This document shows positions 50,636 through 64,000 of a DNA stretch of 64,000 nucleotides, one piece after another. Source of the stretch: Eledone cirrhosa (Eukaryota). The stretch lies in NCBI GenBank assembly GCA_964016885.1, contig OZ024741.1, forward strand, positions 105,710,001 to 105,774,000, read 5' to 3'. The notes under the pieces were generated by a model. The model searched no databases. It saw only the letters and a program-made list of their open reading frames with translations, and was not told where the DNA came from. Within the stretch, counting starts at the first letter, position 1, and the number at the start of each line of letters is the position of its first letter. The translations under genes and the position numbers were made by a program.

Positions 50636-51953
50636 AAATCCGACCAGCATGGGTTCCGTAATGGAAGGGATTGCCTAACGCAGCTAGTGCATCACTTTCA
50701 TGACATTTTGAGAGATTTGGGAGAGAGCTCCAACACTGATGTCATCTACTTTGATTTCAGCAAGGCCTTTGACAGGGTTGATCAGAACATTCTACTGAGA
50801 AAACTATCCAACATTGGAAATTGCTGCTGTGGATCAAGTGTTTGTCAAACAGAACCCAACATGTTATGGTCGAAGGAGTACAATCCAGTCCAGACAAAGT
50901 CAGTGGTGGTGTTTCACAAGGCGCTGTGTTGAGCCCACTTCTTTTCATTATCTATATTAATGACATTACTGACATCATCAAGCACAGCAGCATAAGAATC
51001 TTTGCAGATGATTCCAAGCTCCAGAAGGTCATCAATGGCGTTGGTGACCGGGTATGCCTCCAATCAGATCTATTGGTTGTTATCAAATGGGCGGAAAAAA
51101 ACAATATGCTGCTGAACGAGGATAAATTTGAGTTAATCCACTTTGGAGAAGAGGATGCTCTGAAACTCCCACACTCCACTCCCTCAAATAAAACTTTCGT
51201 TGCATCCAAGAACATCAGAGACTTGGGAGTAATTTTGGACAACAACATAAGCTGGGCCACTCATATAAACAGCAAAGTTGACATGGCCCGCAGAATGTGT
51301 TCCTGGAATCTCAGAACCTTCCACATTATTATCCTTCTCTTCTTCACTTTTTCCCAACCCCACCTTGAATACTGTTGTCCACTGTGGTTTCCCCACACGA
51401 AACAAACTATCATGAAAATTGAAGCTCCTCAAAGGTCACTCACAAAAAAGATAGATGGCATGTCAAGCCTTGACTATTGGGGTCGACAAGAAAAACTCAA
51501 ACTTTATTCTCTCCAACGCCGCCGTGAGCGCTACATTATCTGTATGATGTGGAAAATATTCCATCAGCATTACCCAAATGATGTTGGTATCACCTTTAAA
51601 GTACACCCAAGGTTTGGGCCCTGTGTTATCCGCCCACAACAAAAATCACACTCACATCTAAATAACAACAATACGGCACAATTATTCACCTCAATTGGCT
51701 CCGCTCTCTTTAACATTACACCAAAACATATTAAAACAGAAACAGACCCCATAAATTTCAAGAAGTCTTTGGACAAAATCCTTCAAGAAATCCCGGATAA
51801 ACCTCCTGCAACAGGATATGTCTCCGTAAACAATAACTCCCTACTTGAGTGGGCCATGGTATCCAAATCCTGATTTGAAAGACTTCGCCAGGTGGTGCTA
51901 TTAAGTTAGATATGACCTGGGCCAATACTGGCTGAAATCTATCAAAGTTATCA
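50630..51953 (+). mobile_element. 5'-truncated CR1-clade LINE (RT)
   Basis: QHGFRNGR; YFDFSKAFDRVD; GVSQGAVLSPLLF; FADDSKL; RDLGV; HLEYCCPLW; LYSLQRRRER. One frameshift near 50820; short repeated tail (TATCAAAG). Confidence 0.9.
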
Positions 51954-52350
51954 CCCCCCACCACCACCACCACCACGATAAATGGTGGCAGGATAGATGC
52001 CAGCACACACACAAATTCTTCTTAAAATAGGAGCAGCCGGACTTAAGCTGACCTCAAACCAACACCACTACCAACATCAGGGAAGAGGTCAGATGTACTT
52101 AACAATAACAAAAACTACAGATTGCCTCGCCTCAGAAAGAATTTCTATAGACTTTTGACTGAGGAATGTTCTCACAACTGACCAATGGGAGGAGAGGGTG
52201 TCCTTTGATGCTGAAATTCGTTTGTTTGAATTCATATGATTCCAGTTCCTCAGTGAAATAACAACCCAACCAGGAACTGGGCATATCAGAGTATTGACGA
52301 AGTTAAACACCTCAAAAACATGTGTACTCATCTCTACCACACTAATTCGG

Positions 52351-52405
52351 ACTGCCTGGGGAGGTCACAGCCAAAGATGGCTGTCACCGAAATATATATA
52401 GCAGT
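52351..52405 (+). ncRNA. Hammerhead motif with a mutated core (CTGGGGA)
   Basis: ACTGC-CTGGGGA-GGT(C)ACAGCCA-AAGA-TGGCTGT(C)ACC-GAAA-TATATA-TA-GCAGT. Lies in module ~52000-52545, a probable Penelope 3' remnant. Confidence 0.6.
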
Positions 52406-52568
52406 AATAAACGAAGCCAAATTTTAATTATTTGACTTATTTATTTTATTTTACGTTACTCCGGAGTAACCAAACCAACCTGCGCACTTCGTCGAGTGCT
52501 CCATCTGCATACTGAGGTGTCGGTAAACAACCAACACATACTCAATATATATATGTGTGTGTGTGTTG

Positions 52569-52606
<38 letters not shown>

Positions 52607-52619
52607 TTTTTCTTTTTCC

Positions 52620-54444
<1,825 letters not shown>

Positions 54445-54459
54445 CATAAAGTTGGCTGT

Positions 54460-55257
54460 GGACCACCATGCAGTTTGGGAGTAAAAACCCAGCGTCCACA
54501 TACTCCCCCCACAACACTAATATCAAGAAGTCTTCTTGTGAACGTGTCCTGGGCATTACTGTCAGCAGCGATTTGCGTTGGACGAAGCACGTCTCTAAAA
54601 TTGTCAAGAAAGCCGAGGGTGTCTTAGCATCACTCAGCAAGACCTTTGTCAGCCGCTCCCCACCAATCTATTTAAAGCTGTATATAGCTATGGTGCGGCC
54701 ACACTTAGATTTTGCATCACCAGTCTGGAACCCCTATCTTGCTCAGAACATTGACCGTCTGGAAACTGTTCAGAGACGTACAACCAAACGAATACCCTCC
54801 ATCAGGCATCTACCATACTCTGAACGCCTTGCTTCCCTGGGCATGGATACATTGAAGCTCCGACGTCTGGCAACTGACTTGGTAAACACCCACAAAATTA
54901 TTAACCATCTTGCCCACAACAACCCTCAGCACCTTTTTGAATTCTATGTGTCTAACACACGTGCGCATGCATACAAAGTCAGAAAACAGCACAGCTTCCA
55001 TGACTTTCGGAAACATTTTTTCACGCTCAGAGTTGCATCAGTTATTAGTTGTCGAGACACTGCATCCCTTAAAACCTCCATGCTTCCTGAGATTCGCCAA
55101 CACTACACCTGATGTCCCCCCTTCATACACACGCACACATGTATTTCATGACTCGTAGACTGTTCATTTTCATGACATTTGTACATTATTCTATGTACTA
55201 TACATGCACCTTTGATGAATTGTATTGCACCTGAGCACTGTACACAATAATTTCATT
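54460..55257 (+). mobile_element. CR1/L2-type LINE 3' fragment
   Basis: ORF 54468-55112: ERVLGITVSSDLRW..H, YIAMVRPHLDFASPVWNPY, LETVQRR.TK, RKHFF. Confidence 0.88.
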
Positions 55258-56375
55258 CACCAAAAGGGAGCGCCTCCTCTTCCGCTTTTTGTGGAAGGGA
55301 CGCGCTCCCATGGTCAGACGATCCATCTGCTGTCAACACCCGTTGCATGTAGGACTGGGCATGCCATGGCTGATGATGCGCAAACATGCGCTGAGGCTGC
55401 GACATCTCTGGTGCTTCCTTGACGGTGAACAGGTGTGGTCGCCGTTCGCCAGGCACGTTTTCCTACAGCTCGTCTCCTTGACGGAGCTGCAGTCCTGGGT
55501 CAGAAAAAGACCGAGGGATAGCGCTTGGAAACTGGAATGTCTCCAGGCGCTCACTGCCCTCTGCCAGCTGGGCACCAGTATCGGTGGAACATCCAGCTCG
55601 GTGTTCTATAGAGGACTAGTGGAGGGGAAGAGCGACGACGTTCTCGGAGAGATCCTGGGCGTCAAGAAGATCAACTGTTTGCTCTCTTCCGGAGAACTTT
55701 CAGCCCAGGGCCTATGGATAACTTCCAAAAATCCCTGGCCTGGCAATGCTACCGGGGAGCGCTGCCGGTTCGAGATACGCTCTACAGGCACGGAAGTGCC
55801 GTCAGCCGAGCCTGTCCGAGATGCGCGCAGAGCGACGAAACCGTCGTGCACGCACTCGTTCAGTGCCCGAGCATTGCTGACTTGTGGAGCTATGTCGAAC
55901 AGTTGCTGTCGCGTGTAGGACTGATCCGGTTATCGACTGAGTCCATTGGGCAGATCGTCTCGCCGTCTTCCTTCGAGGAGGAAGGGCAGGCGGTTTTCAT
56001 CTGCCTGGTGGCCATGGCGAAAGAGATTGTGTGGTGGACAAGGTTGAAAAAGTTAAAGACAGACACTTTCCTCTTTGGCGAATCCCTAATTAACTTTTTC
56101 AAGTTTCACTTGAAGAGGAAAATCAGGGTGGAGAGGCAAGTGCTGCCTTCTAGCAAGTTTGTTGAAAGGTGGGTGAATGTAGCGAGAATGGTCCGAGTGA
56201 ACGGGACCGCTCTGAATATACGTCTGTAGTTTGAGAAATGGAAAAATTGAGAGAGGGCGCTTGCCCTGGTGGTCAGGATGGCCGTGGTCTTTTGTGTGGT
56301 TTTCGCCACGAGTAACCCTCAGAGGTTTCCCCCCTATTGGGGAATTTTTCATTGTTTCAATTTTCATTTTTATTG
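55258..56375 (+). mobile_element. L1/Tx1-like LINE 3' fragment, same family as 21265-23566
   Basis: GLGMPWL..RKHALRLR; CPRCAQSDETVVHALVQC; AKEIVWWTR. Confidence 0.9.
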
Positions 56376-56399
56376 TTTATATAATATATGTTATTATTG

Positions 56400-58466
56400 T
56401 TCTTTGAGTCTCAGTCATTGATGTTAGTTAACTGGAAAGTTTGTTGAAATGAATATCAAGCCACTACCTGCAGCCTCAGATATTCAGGACGTATCGGAGG
56501 GTTCTTGCTGTTCCCAGCAAGCATGCATTTTGAAGCGTTCCAAAAAGCGTGGCGGGGCCAATTTTCTTTAACCACCCTTGGAAACTTTTTGAGATAGTAG
56601 ATAGTGCGCCTATGACCACTTTGACTTCATGGCAGTTCCAAATCCTTTTTACCTCCCACTTTAAGTCCTGGTATCGATTAATTTTCTCCCTCTCCTTCTC
56701 TTGCACTCTTGTGTTGAATGAGCAGGCCACATCCACAATCAGGCACGATTTTATTCCTTGTCCAAAACCACCAGGTCAGGTCTATTGTGTTCCAGTTTCT
56801 TGTCCGTCTGTATCCTAAAATCCCACAGCACCTTCACCTGATCGTTTTCTATCACTGACTCTGGCTTATGCTCATACCACTTCTCAGAATGTGGTAAATT
56901 GTTTGCTTTGCACAGGTGCCAGTGGATCACCCCTCCCATCACATCATGTCTCCAGCCTTTATAGTGAGTCTGGGCTAGGTATTTACACTCGGATACAATG
57001 TGAGCCACAGTCTCCTCTCTCTCCCCACAGATCCTGCACAGTGGGCTAGCCTCCTCCTTGTAAATATGGTGTTTCAACCACTTCGTTTTGAGGGCCTGCT
57101 CTTGCGCAGCCATTAGCATTCCTTCTGTAGCCTTTTTAAGGTCTCCTCTTTTCAACCAGTTCCATGTCTGTGGATCTCTGAATTCAGTTTTCTCAGAGAA
57201 GGTACTATGAAGGGATTTTTCATGAAGGCTGCTCTTTCTCCTTGTTGTTTTTTCCTCCTTGGACATCCCCTGGTCTATTGTCCTCTCCTTCAGTACAATT
57301 CTGAGCATTGGCTCCTTACTATCAGTCACGTATTTGTGTAGGTTGTTTTTCTCCATCTGAACGCAGTCCTCTATGCTGATAAGACCTCTTCCACCTTCAG
57401 ATCTCCTTAAGTAGAGTCTATCGACATCACTCCTCTTGTGGAACATGTTGTAGATAGTCAATAGCTTCCTAGTCTTCCTATCCATTTCTTTTTGTTCAGC
57501 AACATTCCATCTCAGAATTCCCGCACTGTACCTAATAATAGACACAGCTCGGGAATTTACTGCACTTATGGCATTCCTACTGTTCAGATGTGACTTTAAT
57601 ACGCTCCTTACTCTCCGAATGTATTCAGATCTCATCAATTCCTTCATTTTTTTGTTCTTGATGTCATCAGCCTCCAGAACACCCAAATACTTTATCCTTC
57701 TTCAGTGTCAATTTCCTTTATCATCTCACCTGTTGGTACCTGGATTCCGTTGCTTCTGCTCAATTTACCCCTAACCATCACAAGGACTCCACACTTACTA
57801 ATACCAAATTGCATACATATATCATTGCTGAAAATACGGACAGTGTCACCAAGCACATCCAACTCCTTCTCACTCTTCCCGAAGAGCTTAAGATCGTCCA
57901 TGAAGAGGAGGTGATTGATGGTAAGCTCTCCCTTTCCCGACTTGTATCCTGCTCTCACTTTTCGCAGTATAATGGTCAGGGGCATCAGGGCAAGGACAAA
58001 CAACAGAGGGGACAGACTATCTCCCTGGAAGATACCTCTCTTGATCTTCACGCCTCCTAAGCATTCTCCAGCTGATGTTAACTCTGTTTTCCAGGACTTC
58101 ATACTTTTGCCCAACAACTGTCTGATGTTATCTGCCACCTTGAAGATCTCTAAGCTTTTGGTGATCCAAGAATGAGTCACCATGTCAAATGCTTTTTTGT
58201 AGTATATCCATCCCATGGCAAGACCAGTGTGTCTCCTCTTGCAATTCCTCATTACCATCTTATCAATAAGTAACTGGTCCTTTGTACCACGGGACTTCTT
58301 TCGGCATCCTTTCTGTTCGTCCGGTAACAAGTTGTTTGTGTGGAGGTGATGGTAGATTTCCTCAGACATAATGCTTGTCAACAGTTTCCACATTACGGAC
58401 AGATATGTGATAGGTCTATAGTTGGTAACATCATTACCCTTGATTCGGTCTTTCATTACCAGAACT

Positions 58467-58467
<1 letters not shown>
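56400..58467 (-). mobile_element. 5'-truncated R4/Dong-clade RLE non-LTR element
   Basis: NYRPIT; EQKGCR; [13 protein letters not shown]; [10 protein letters not shown]; GGRGL; CRIC..ETVAHIVSEC; RHD; RPDLVV..D restriction-like endonuclease. Flanked by (TTA)n. Confidence 0.92.
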
Positions 58468-58497
<30 letters not shown>

Positions 58498-58499
<2 letters not shown>

Positions 58500-58990
58500 T
58501 TTGAGTCTCAGTCATTGATGTTAGTTAACTGGAAAGTTTGTTGAAATGAATATCAAGCCACTACCTGCAGCCTCAGATATTCAGGACGTATCGGAGGGTT
58601 CTTGCTGTTCCCAGCAAGCATGCCTTTTGAAGCGTTCCAAAAAGCGTGGCGGGGCCAATTTTCTTTAACCATCCCTGGAAACTTTTTGAGATAGTCCCTA
58701 GTGCGCCTATGACAATCGGGATCACTTTGACTTCATGGCAGTTCCAAATCCTTTTTACCTCCCATTTTAAGTCCTGGTATCGGTTAATTTTCTCCCTCTC
58801 CTTCTCTTGCACTCTCGTGTCGAATGGGTAGGCCACATCCACAATCAGGCACGATCTTTTTTCTTTGTCCACAACCACCAGGTCAGGTCTATTGTGTTCC
58901 AGTTTCTTGTCCGTCTGTATCCTAAAATCCCACAGCACCTTCACCTGATCGTTTTCTATCACCGACTCTGGCTTATGCTCATACCACTTC
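58498..58990 (-). mobile_element. Second, shorter copy of the same Dong-like family (RLE domain + 3'UTR)
   Basis: ORF 58573-58962 is nearly identical to 56476-56880, with the same 3' end; (TTA)n on both sides. Confidence 0.92.
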
Positions 58991-59039
<49 letters not shown>

Positions 59040-60463
59040 TGCATTTATCTTGCTTTATGTTTATACGAGTTATCACCAAGTCACAACCAGTGACCTCAAG
59101 AGACAACAAGGTCCGCCATGTTCAAGAAAGAACACACATATTCACAGATGCATCCTTAGTGTTTAGACTTGTGATGTACTTATATTGACAGGATCTTCCT
59201 TAGTATATGGGCAGTTCCCATTAGTACTATCTTTTGTATTTCTCCTATACGCGGGTTTCCTGGGATTTGCGATAAGTAGTCGTTAGACCCCTTAGGTATC
59301 ATTCACAGAGCGCCTACAACCACTGGTATTGTTTTAGTTCTCAATTTCCACATTTTTCCAATTTCTATCTCCAGGTCCTTATTCTTGCTCAATTTTTCAA
59401 ATGTTTTTATAGATACATTCTTGTCTATTGGAACAGACATATCAATTAGCAGGCATACCCTCCTTTGAAAGTCCTTCAATATTATATCAGGTCTATTTGC
59501 ATCTATTTTTCGGTCTGTTTGGATGCTAAAGTTCCACAAGATTGAGATGTGATCTTTTTCAAGTATGGGAGGTGGTTGATGCTCCCACCAATTCTTTTGA
59601 TGGGGCAGGTCAAAATGCTTACACATTATCCAATGTATGTATTGTGCAGCTCTGTCATGCCTGTTTAGGTATTCGGTTGGAGCTATAGGACTGCACATTG
59701 AAATTATATGGTCAATGGTCTCTGGTTGTTTTTTGCATACACGGCATAATGGGCTGCACCCATTTTTTATTATGTTGGCTTGGTAATTTTTTGTTGGCAG
59801 ACACTGATCTTGTGCCGATATAATCAGTCCTTCAGTCTCCGGATTTCAGTCCAGAGGATGCCAACCACTGATGGGTTAAAGTTTTGTCAACATCAGGATT
59901 GTTAGCTCGCTCTGGGTATTTTCCATACAGAGGCTTTTCTTGCCATTTCTTAGCCAGTTTCTGTAGCAGTTCTTTCTTTGCAGTTACTTTTACCGGCTTT
60001 GCTTTTTCTGTGTTTTCCATTTCAGCAGTAAATGGGACTTCTGAAATTTGTAGTCCATTACTGTATCTTTGTGCATCTTTTGTAATGGAATATGATCTTT
60101 TGGTGCTTTCGTGTTTCAAAACGAGTTTGATCATCCAATCATGTGATTCCCTTAGATGTGTGGATAATCCAATTGTTGCAGTTTTCAACGCAATGTCTAA
60201 CTGGATTAACCCACCTCCTCCTTCTTTCCTAGGGAGATATATTCTATCTATGTCTGCCTTAGGGTGATGCATTCTGTGCATGGTTAAGAATTTTCGGATT
60301 TTTGTATCGAGCCTACGGATCTCTGTGCTTGACCAGTTGATGACATTGTAACTGTAGGTTACTACTGGTATGGCAAGCGTGTTTATGGCATCGATCCTAT
60401 TCCTTGCATTCAATTCCGTTCTTAAGATTGCTCTGACTCAGCGGTAACATTCCTTCCTTATCC

Positions 60464-60466
<3 letters not shown>
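59040..60466 (-). mobile_element. 5'-truncated Dong-like element, second family
   Basis: DRIYLPRKEGGGGL; CRVC..ETIDHIISMC; RHDRAA; NRPDIIL. Flanked by (TTA)n. Confidence 0.9.
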
Positions 60467-60512
<46 letters not shown>

Positions 60513-60600
60513 CATACATACATACATACATACATACATACATACATACATACATACATACATACATACATACATACATACATACATACATACATACATA
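60466..60600. repeat. (TTA)n followed by (TACA)n
   Basis: Directly visible. Confidence 0.97.
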
Positions 60601-63600
60601 ATGGCGACCGTTGTGGTCAGTGTCCGATAATCGGACGTGTGTAATTACGGCTTACATGAAGGCAACATACCATATATTGGAAAAAGTTGAGCTACATTAC
60701 GCGGTAAGATTACATACAATAATTCTACATAAGTGTTTGAACTGTAAGTGTGTTGTAAAACACCTATTTATATGAACGATACATACACTTATGATATATG
60801 AACGATACATACACTTTAACATATAAATGCAACGTTGTTATATTACATTTATAAAGAAATATACAAGTAACGTTTTCGATTCAGAAACAAAAACATAAGT
60901 GTTTGAACTGTGAATATGTTGTGAATAAGTTGTAGAACACCTGTTTATATGAATGATACATAAGCTTTAACATATAAATACAGCGTTGTTATATTATATT
61001 ACATTCATAAAGAAATATACTAAGTAACGGTTCTTTTTGTTCTCGATTCAAACGATTCAAGAACAACGTTTAAAACACAGTTGTAGAATTAAAAACTAAC
61101 TGAAAAGAAATATTACCCAAGCTGTGAATAACTTTAAATTTGATTCTGACAGAACTTTGTCGAAACTTTTAAAGAAGATCATCGACTATTTTGAAAAATA
61201 AATACGAAATATTAGTGAATAGACGAACTCATCATGGCAAAAAGTACAAGTCTCCTTCGACCAAATCGCAACTGCAACCGTTGTATACAGTGGAGCTACG
61301 AGCTTAACAAAGTATTATATAAAGCATACAAACAATCTGAACCCCAAAAGTTCGGTTTTATGCAAAGGCTAAAAACTTTATGGAACTCCAAACACCCAGA
61401 ATTAGACTTTTCTCCAAAGCATTTAAATGAACAGGCAAAACGTATCATTAGATGTAAATTGATACATCTAACGGAATTGAGTGATACTACAAATACAGCC
61501 CTTGTAGACAACCACCCCACCTCCACTGACAGACAAAGAGAATGGCCAGCTAAATCTAACAGTGAACAGCTCACCAACAATTTTGCTGAAATCCATCCCA
61601 CTTCCACTGAAGAACAGCGAGAAAGGTCAGCTAACTCTAGTAGTAATTGTCACCACATCAACAACGAGGCTGAAATTCATGACTCTACTGAACAAACAGA
61701 ACACCAAAAACTTGTGGACACCCTACAAGTGATATGGAACGATATGTTTCAAGAGATACACAGCCTTAATGTGAGTGACAGACCATACAACACCAGAATC
61801 AGTAAAGAACCCACTAAATTGGAATTGGAAGCGGTGAACGAAATAGCTGGCAATTATCTGAAGGCTATACGATCTAAAGGTGTAGAAAGGACATTTGAAA
61901 CGCTTAATATTTTGTTATATGTTTCAGCTGTCACATTGCTATCATATAACACACATCTAAAACCACGCAATCAAGATACAAACAGAAAGCCTGAACCAGC
62001 GTGGATGCGAATTTTAAAAAGCAAAATTTTGTCCCTGAGACGAAGTATCTCACACATCGCAGTCGTTATGAAATGCAACATAGAGAGCAACTTCACACGA
62101 CACCAGGAAGACCTAAAAAAAGTTAGAGAGACGATTTGGAGATAGTAAAAATTTAAAACTTTGAACTCCAAATTACACCAGTTGAAACAACAACTCACAG
62201 TTACAACAGAAAGACTAAAATATAAGTCAACAGCACATAAACGACAAGTGCTAAATAGATTGTTTGCCAGAGATCCTAAATCAGTTTATCGCAGCTTCGG
62301 TGGCAAAAGCTCAATCCCTGTAAATGACACCCCTTCAAAAGAACAGGTTGAGAGCTACTGGAGATCTGTATGGGAAACGGATGACGGATTCAACAGACAA
62401 ACTAATTGGCTAAAAGAACTGGAACAGGACTACTGCCAACATGTCCAGACAAAACAATATGACATAGATGGATCAATACTGGAAACAGCTCTACAGAAAA
62501 TGTCGAATAGGAAATCGCCAGGCCCAGACCTCATTACAGGATACTGGTTGAAGAATTTCACTTTCTATCGGCAAGATCTCATACGGCTGTTTACAGAAAC
62601 CATTAAAGGCACACAAGAACTGCCCAGATGGTTATCAACTGCCACTACTCTCCTCATTCCCAAAAATAGCCAAACCACCCTTGCTAAAAATTACCGCCCA
62701 ATAGCCTGCCAAAACATCATGTATAAATTATATACTGGGTGCCTTAACCTGTTCTTACAGGATCACTGTGCTACCAACAACATCATAACACCTGAGCAAG
62801 CTGGTAGAAAGAGGGAGGTGTGGGGTTGCATAGATCACCTACGAACTAACAAAATGATTCAGGAAAAAACAACAAAGAATCGCAGAAACATGACTGTGGT
62901 GTGGCTGGACTATCAAAAAGCATTTGATAGTGTACCTCATGAGTGGATTATTAAGGCTTTACAGTTAGCTAAAGTCCCACAACCATTGGTAGCTGCTGTT
63001 GAACGCCTGACCAAGAACTGGTACACCAATTTGATCCTTAGAGGTGAGAAGGAGCAAGTTAAGACTGATAAGATACATTACCAGAAGGGCATCTTTCAGG
63101 GTGATAGCTTGTCAGTGCTACTCTTCGTTCTCTCACTGAATCCACTATCTTACCTACTCAGGAAACAAGGTGGACAAAGAAGTGGGCCCAGAAGTATCTC
63201 CCATCTTTTCTTTGTTGACGACCTGAAGTTGTATGGGCCAAATATCAATGACATCAAGAAACAATTGGACCTCATTACACAATTTTCAACCGACATCAAA
63301 ATGAAATTTGGTGAGTCCAAGTGTGCATATTTGGCAGTAAAACGTGGAAGAGCTGTGCCCTCCTCTAGAAATCTAGAGATGAACGGTCTGACAATACAAC
63401 CTCTACAGTCAGGTGACAACTACAGATATCTTGGACAGGATGAGAATGTCAGATATGATGGACCCATAAATAAGGAGAGAACCAGAACTGAATACCTCAG
63501 AAGAGTAAAGAAAATATGGTCATCAGAATTGTCAGCGTACAACAAATACATTGCCCACAATACTTATGCTGTGCCAATTCTAACGCCAACATTTGGCCTG

Positions 63601-64000
63601 CTGAACTGGTCATTGCAAGAACTAAGTGAGATGGATGCTAGAACTCGAAAACTTCTCAGTGTTACTGGGAACTTTAACATCAATGGTGATGTGGATAGGC
63701 TATACTTCTCACGCAAGGAAGGTGGCCGGGGTCTAAAATCAATATTAACAACATATGAGACCCGGATAGTAACACTGAAGCAACACCTTCAACAGAGGAA
63801 AAAGGTTGGCAACCATCTTGCCCAGGTTTATGAGCATGAAAAAAAATATTATTAGAATAGCGACTGATCTGGAGGAGAGATATGGAATAAAGCCTGATAT
63901 AAATCTCTCACCCAGAGAAATCGGAAGATCCTATTCAATGTTCAAACAAGATAAAAAAATTGACCAATTTACAGAAAAAGTTGTGCATGGATACTTGAGG
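60601..64000 (+). mobile_element. Near full-length R4/Dong-clade element, third family, running off the window end
   Basis: ~630-bp leader with an internal duplication (60727-60880 / 60894-61050). The ORF begins at 61234 (WSYELNK..Y..S.P..GFMQRL..LW...P N-terminal motif), has a frameshift near 62120, RT motifs ([32 protein letters not shown]) and a second frameshift near 63845. Confidence 0.92.
61234..63855 (+). pseudogene. Frameshifted RT polyprotein of the Dong-like element
   Basis: ORFs 61234-62145 and 62161-63855 form one RLE-type ORF broken at poly-A runs. Confidence 0.8.

Overview
Repeat-saturated, AT-rich animal genomic DNA. The SINE, LINE and microsatellite complement looks cephalopod (Octopus-like); that assignment is inference. 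Almost all ORFs in the track are microsatellite artefacts or decayed retroelement frames. The only host-gene signal is a 66-nt first coding exon on the minus strand (18731-18796, MASYCIRDGTEEDLLELHRLMQ|GT) resembling SAT1/SAT2 GNAT acetyltransferases. The rest is RTE, L1/Tx1, CR1 and R4/Dong LINE fragments, two Penelope-like (GIY-YIG) elements, many tRNA-derived SINEs, a piggyBac-type MITE, a probable Helitron-type insertion, and a 6.4-kb 35-bp satellite with higher-order structure. The most striking unannotated layer is about 13 type I hammerhead ribozyme (HHR) folds, read by eye. Most sit in short non-coding modules between (TA)n tracts, often with inverted termini. They have palindromic stem III loops, long or branched stem II domains, and recurrent core variants (U3-A8, C4). 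All folds are manual predictions; none has been tested.
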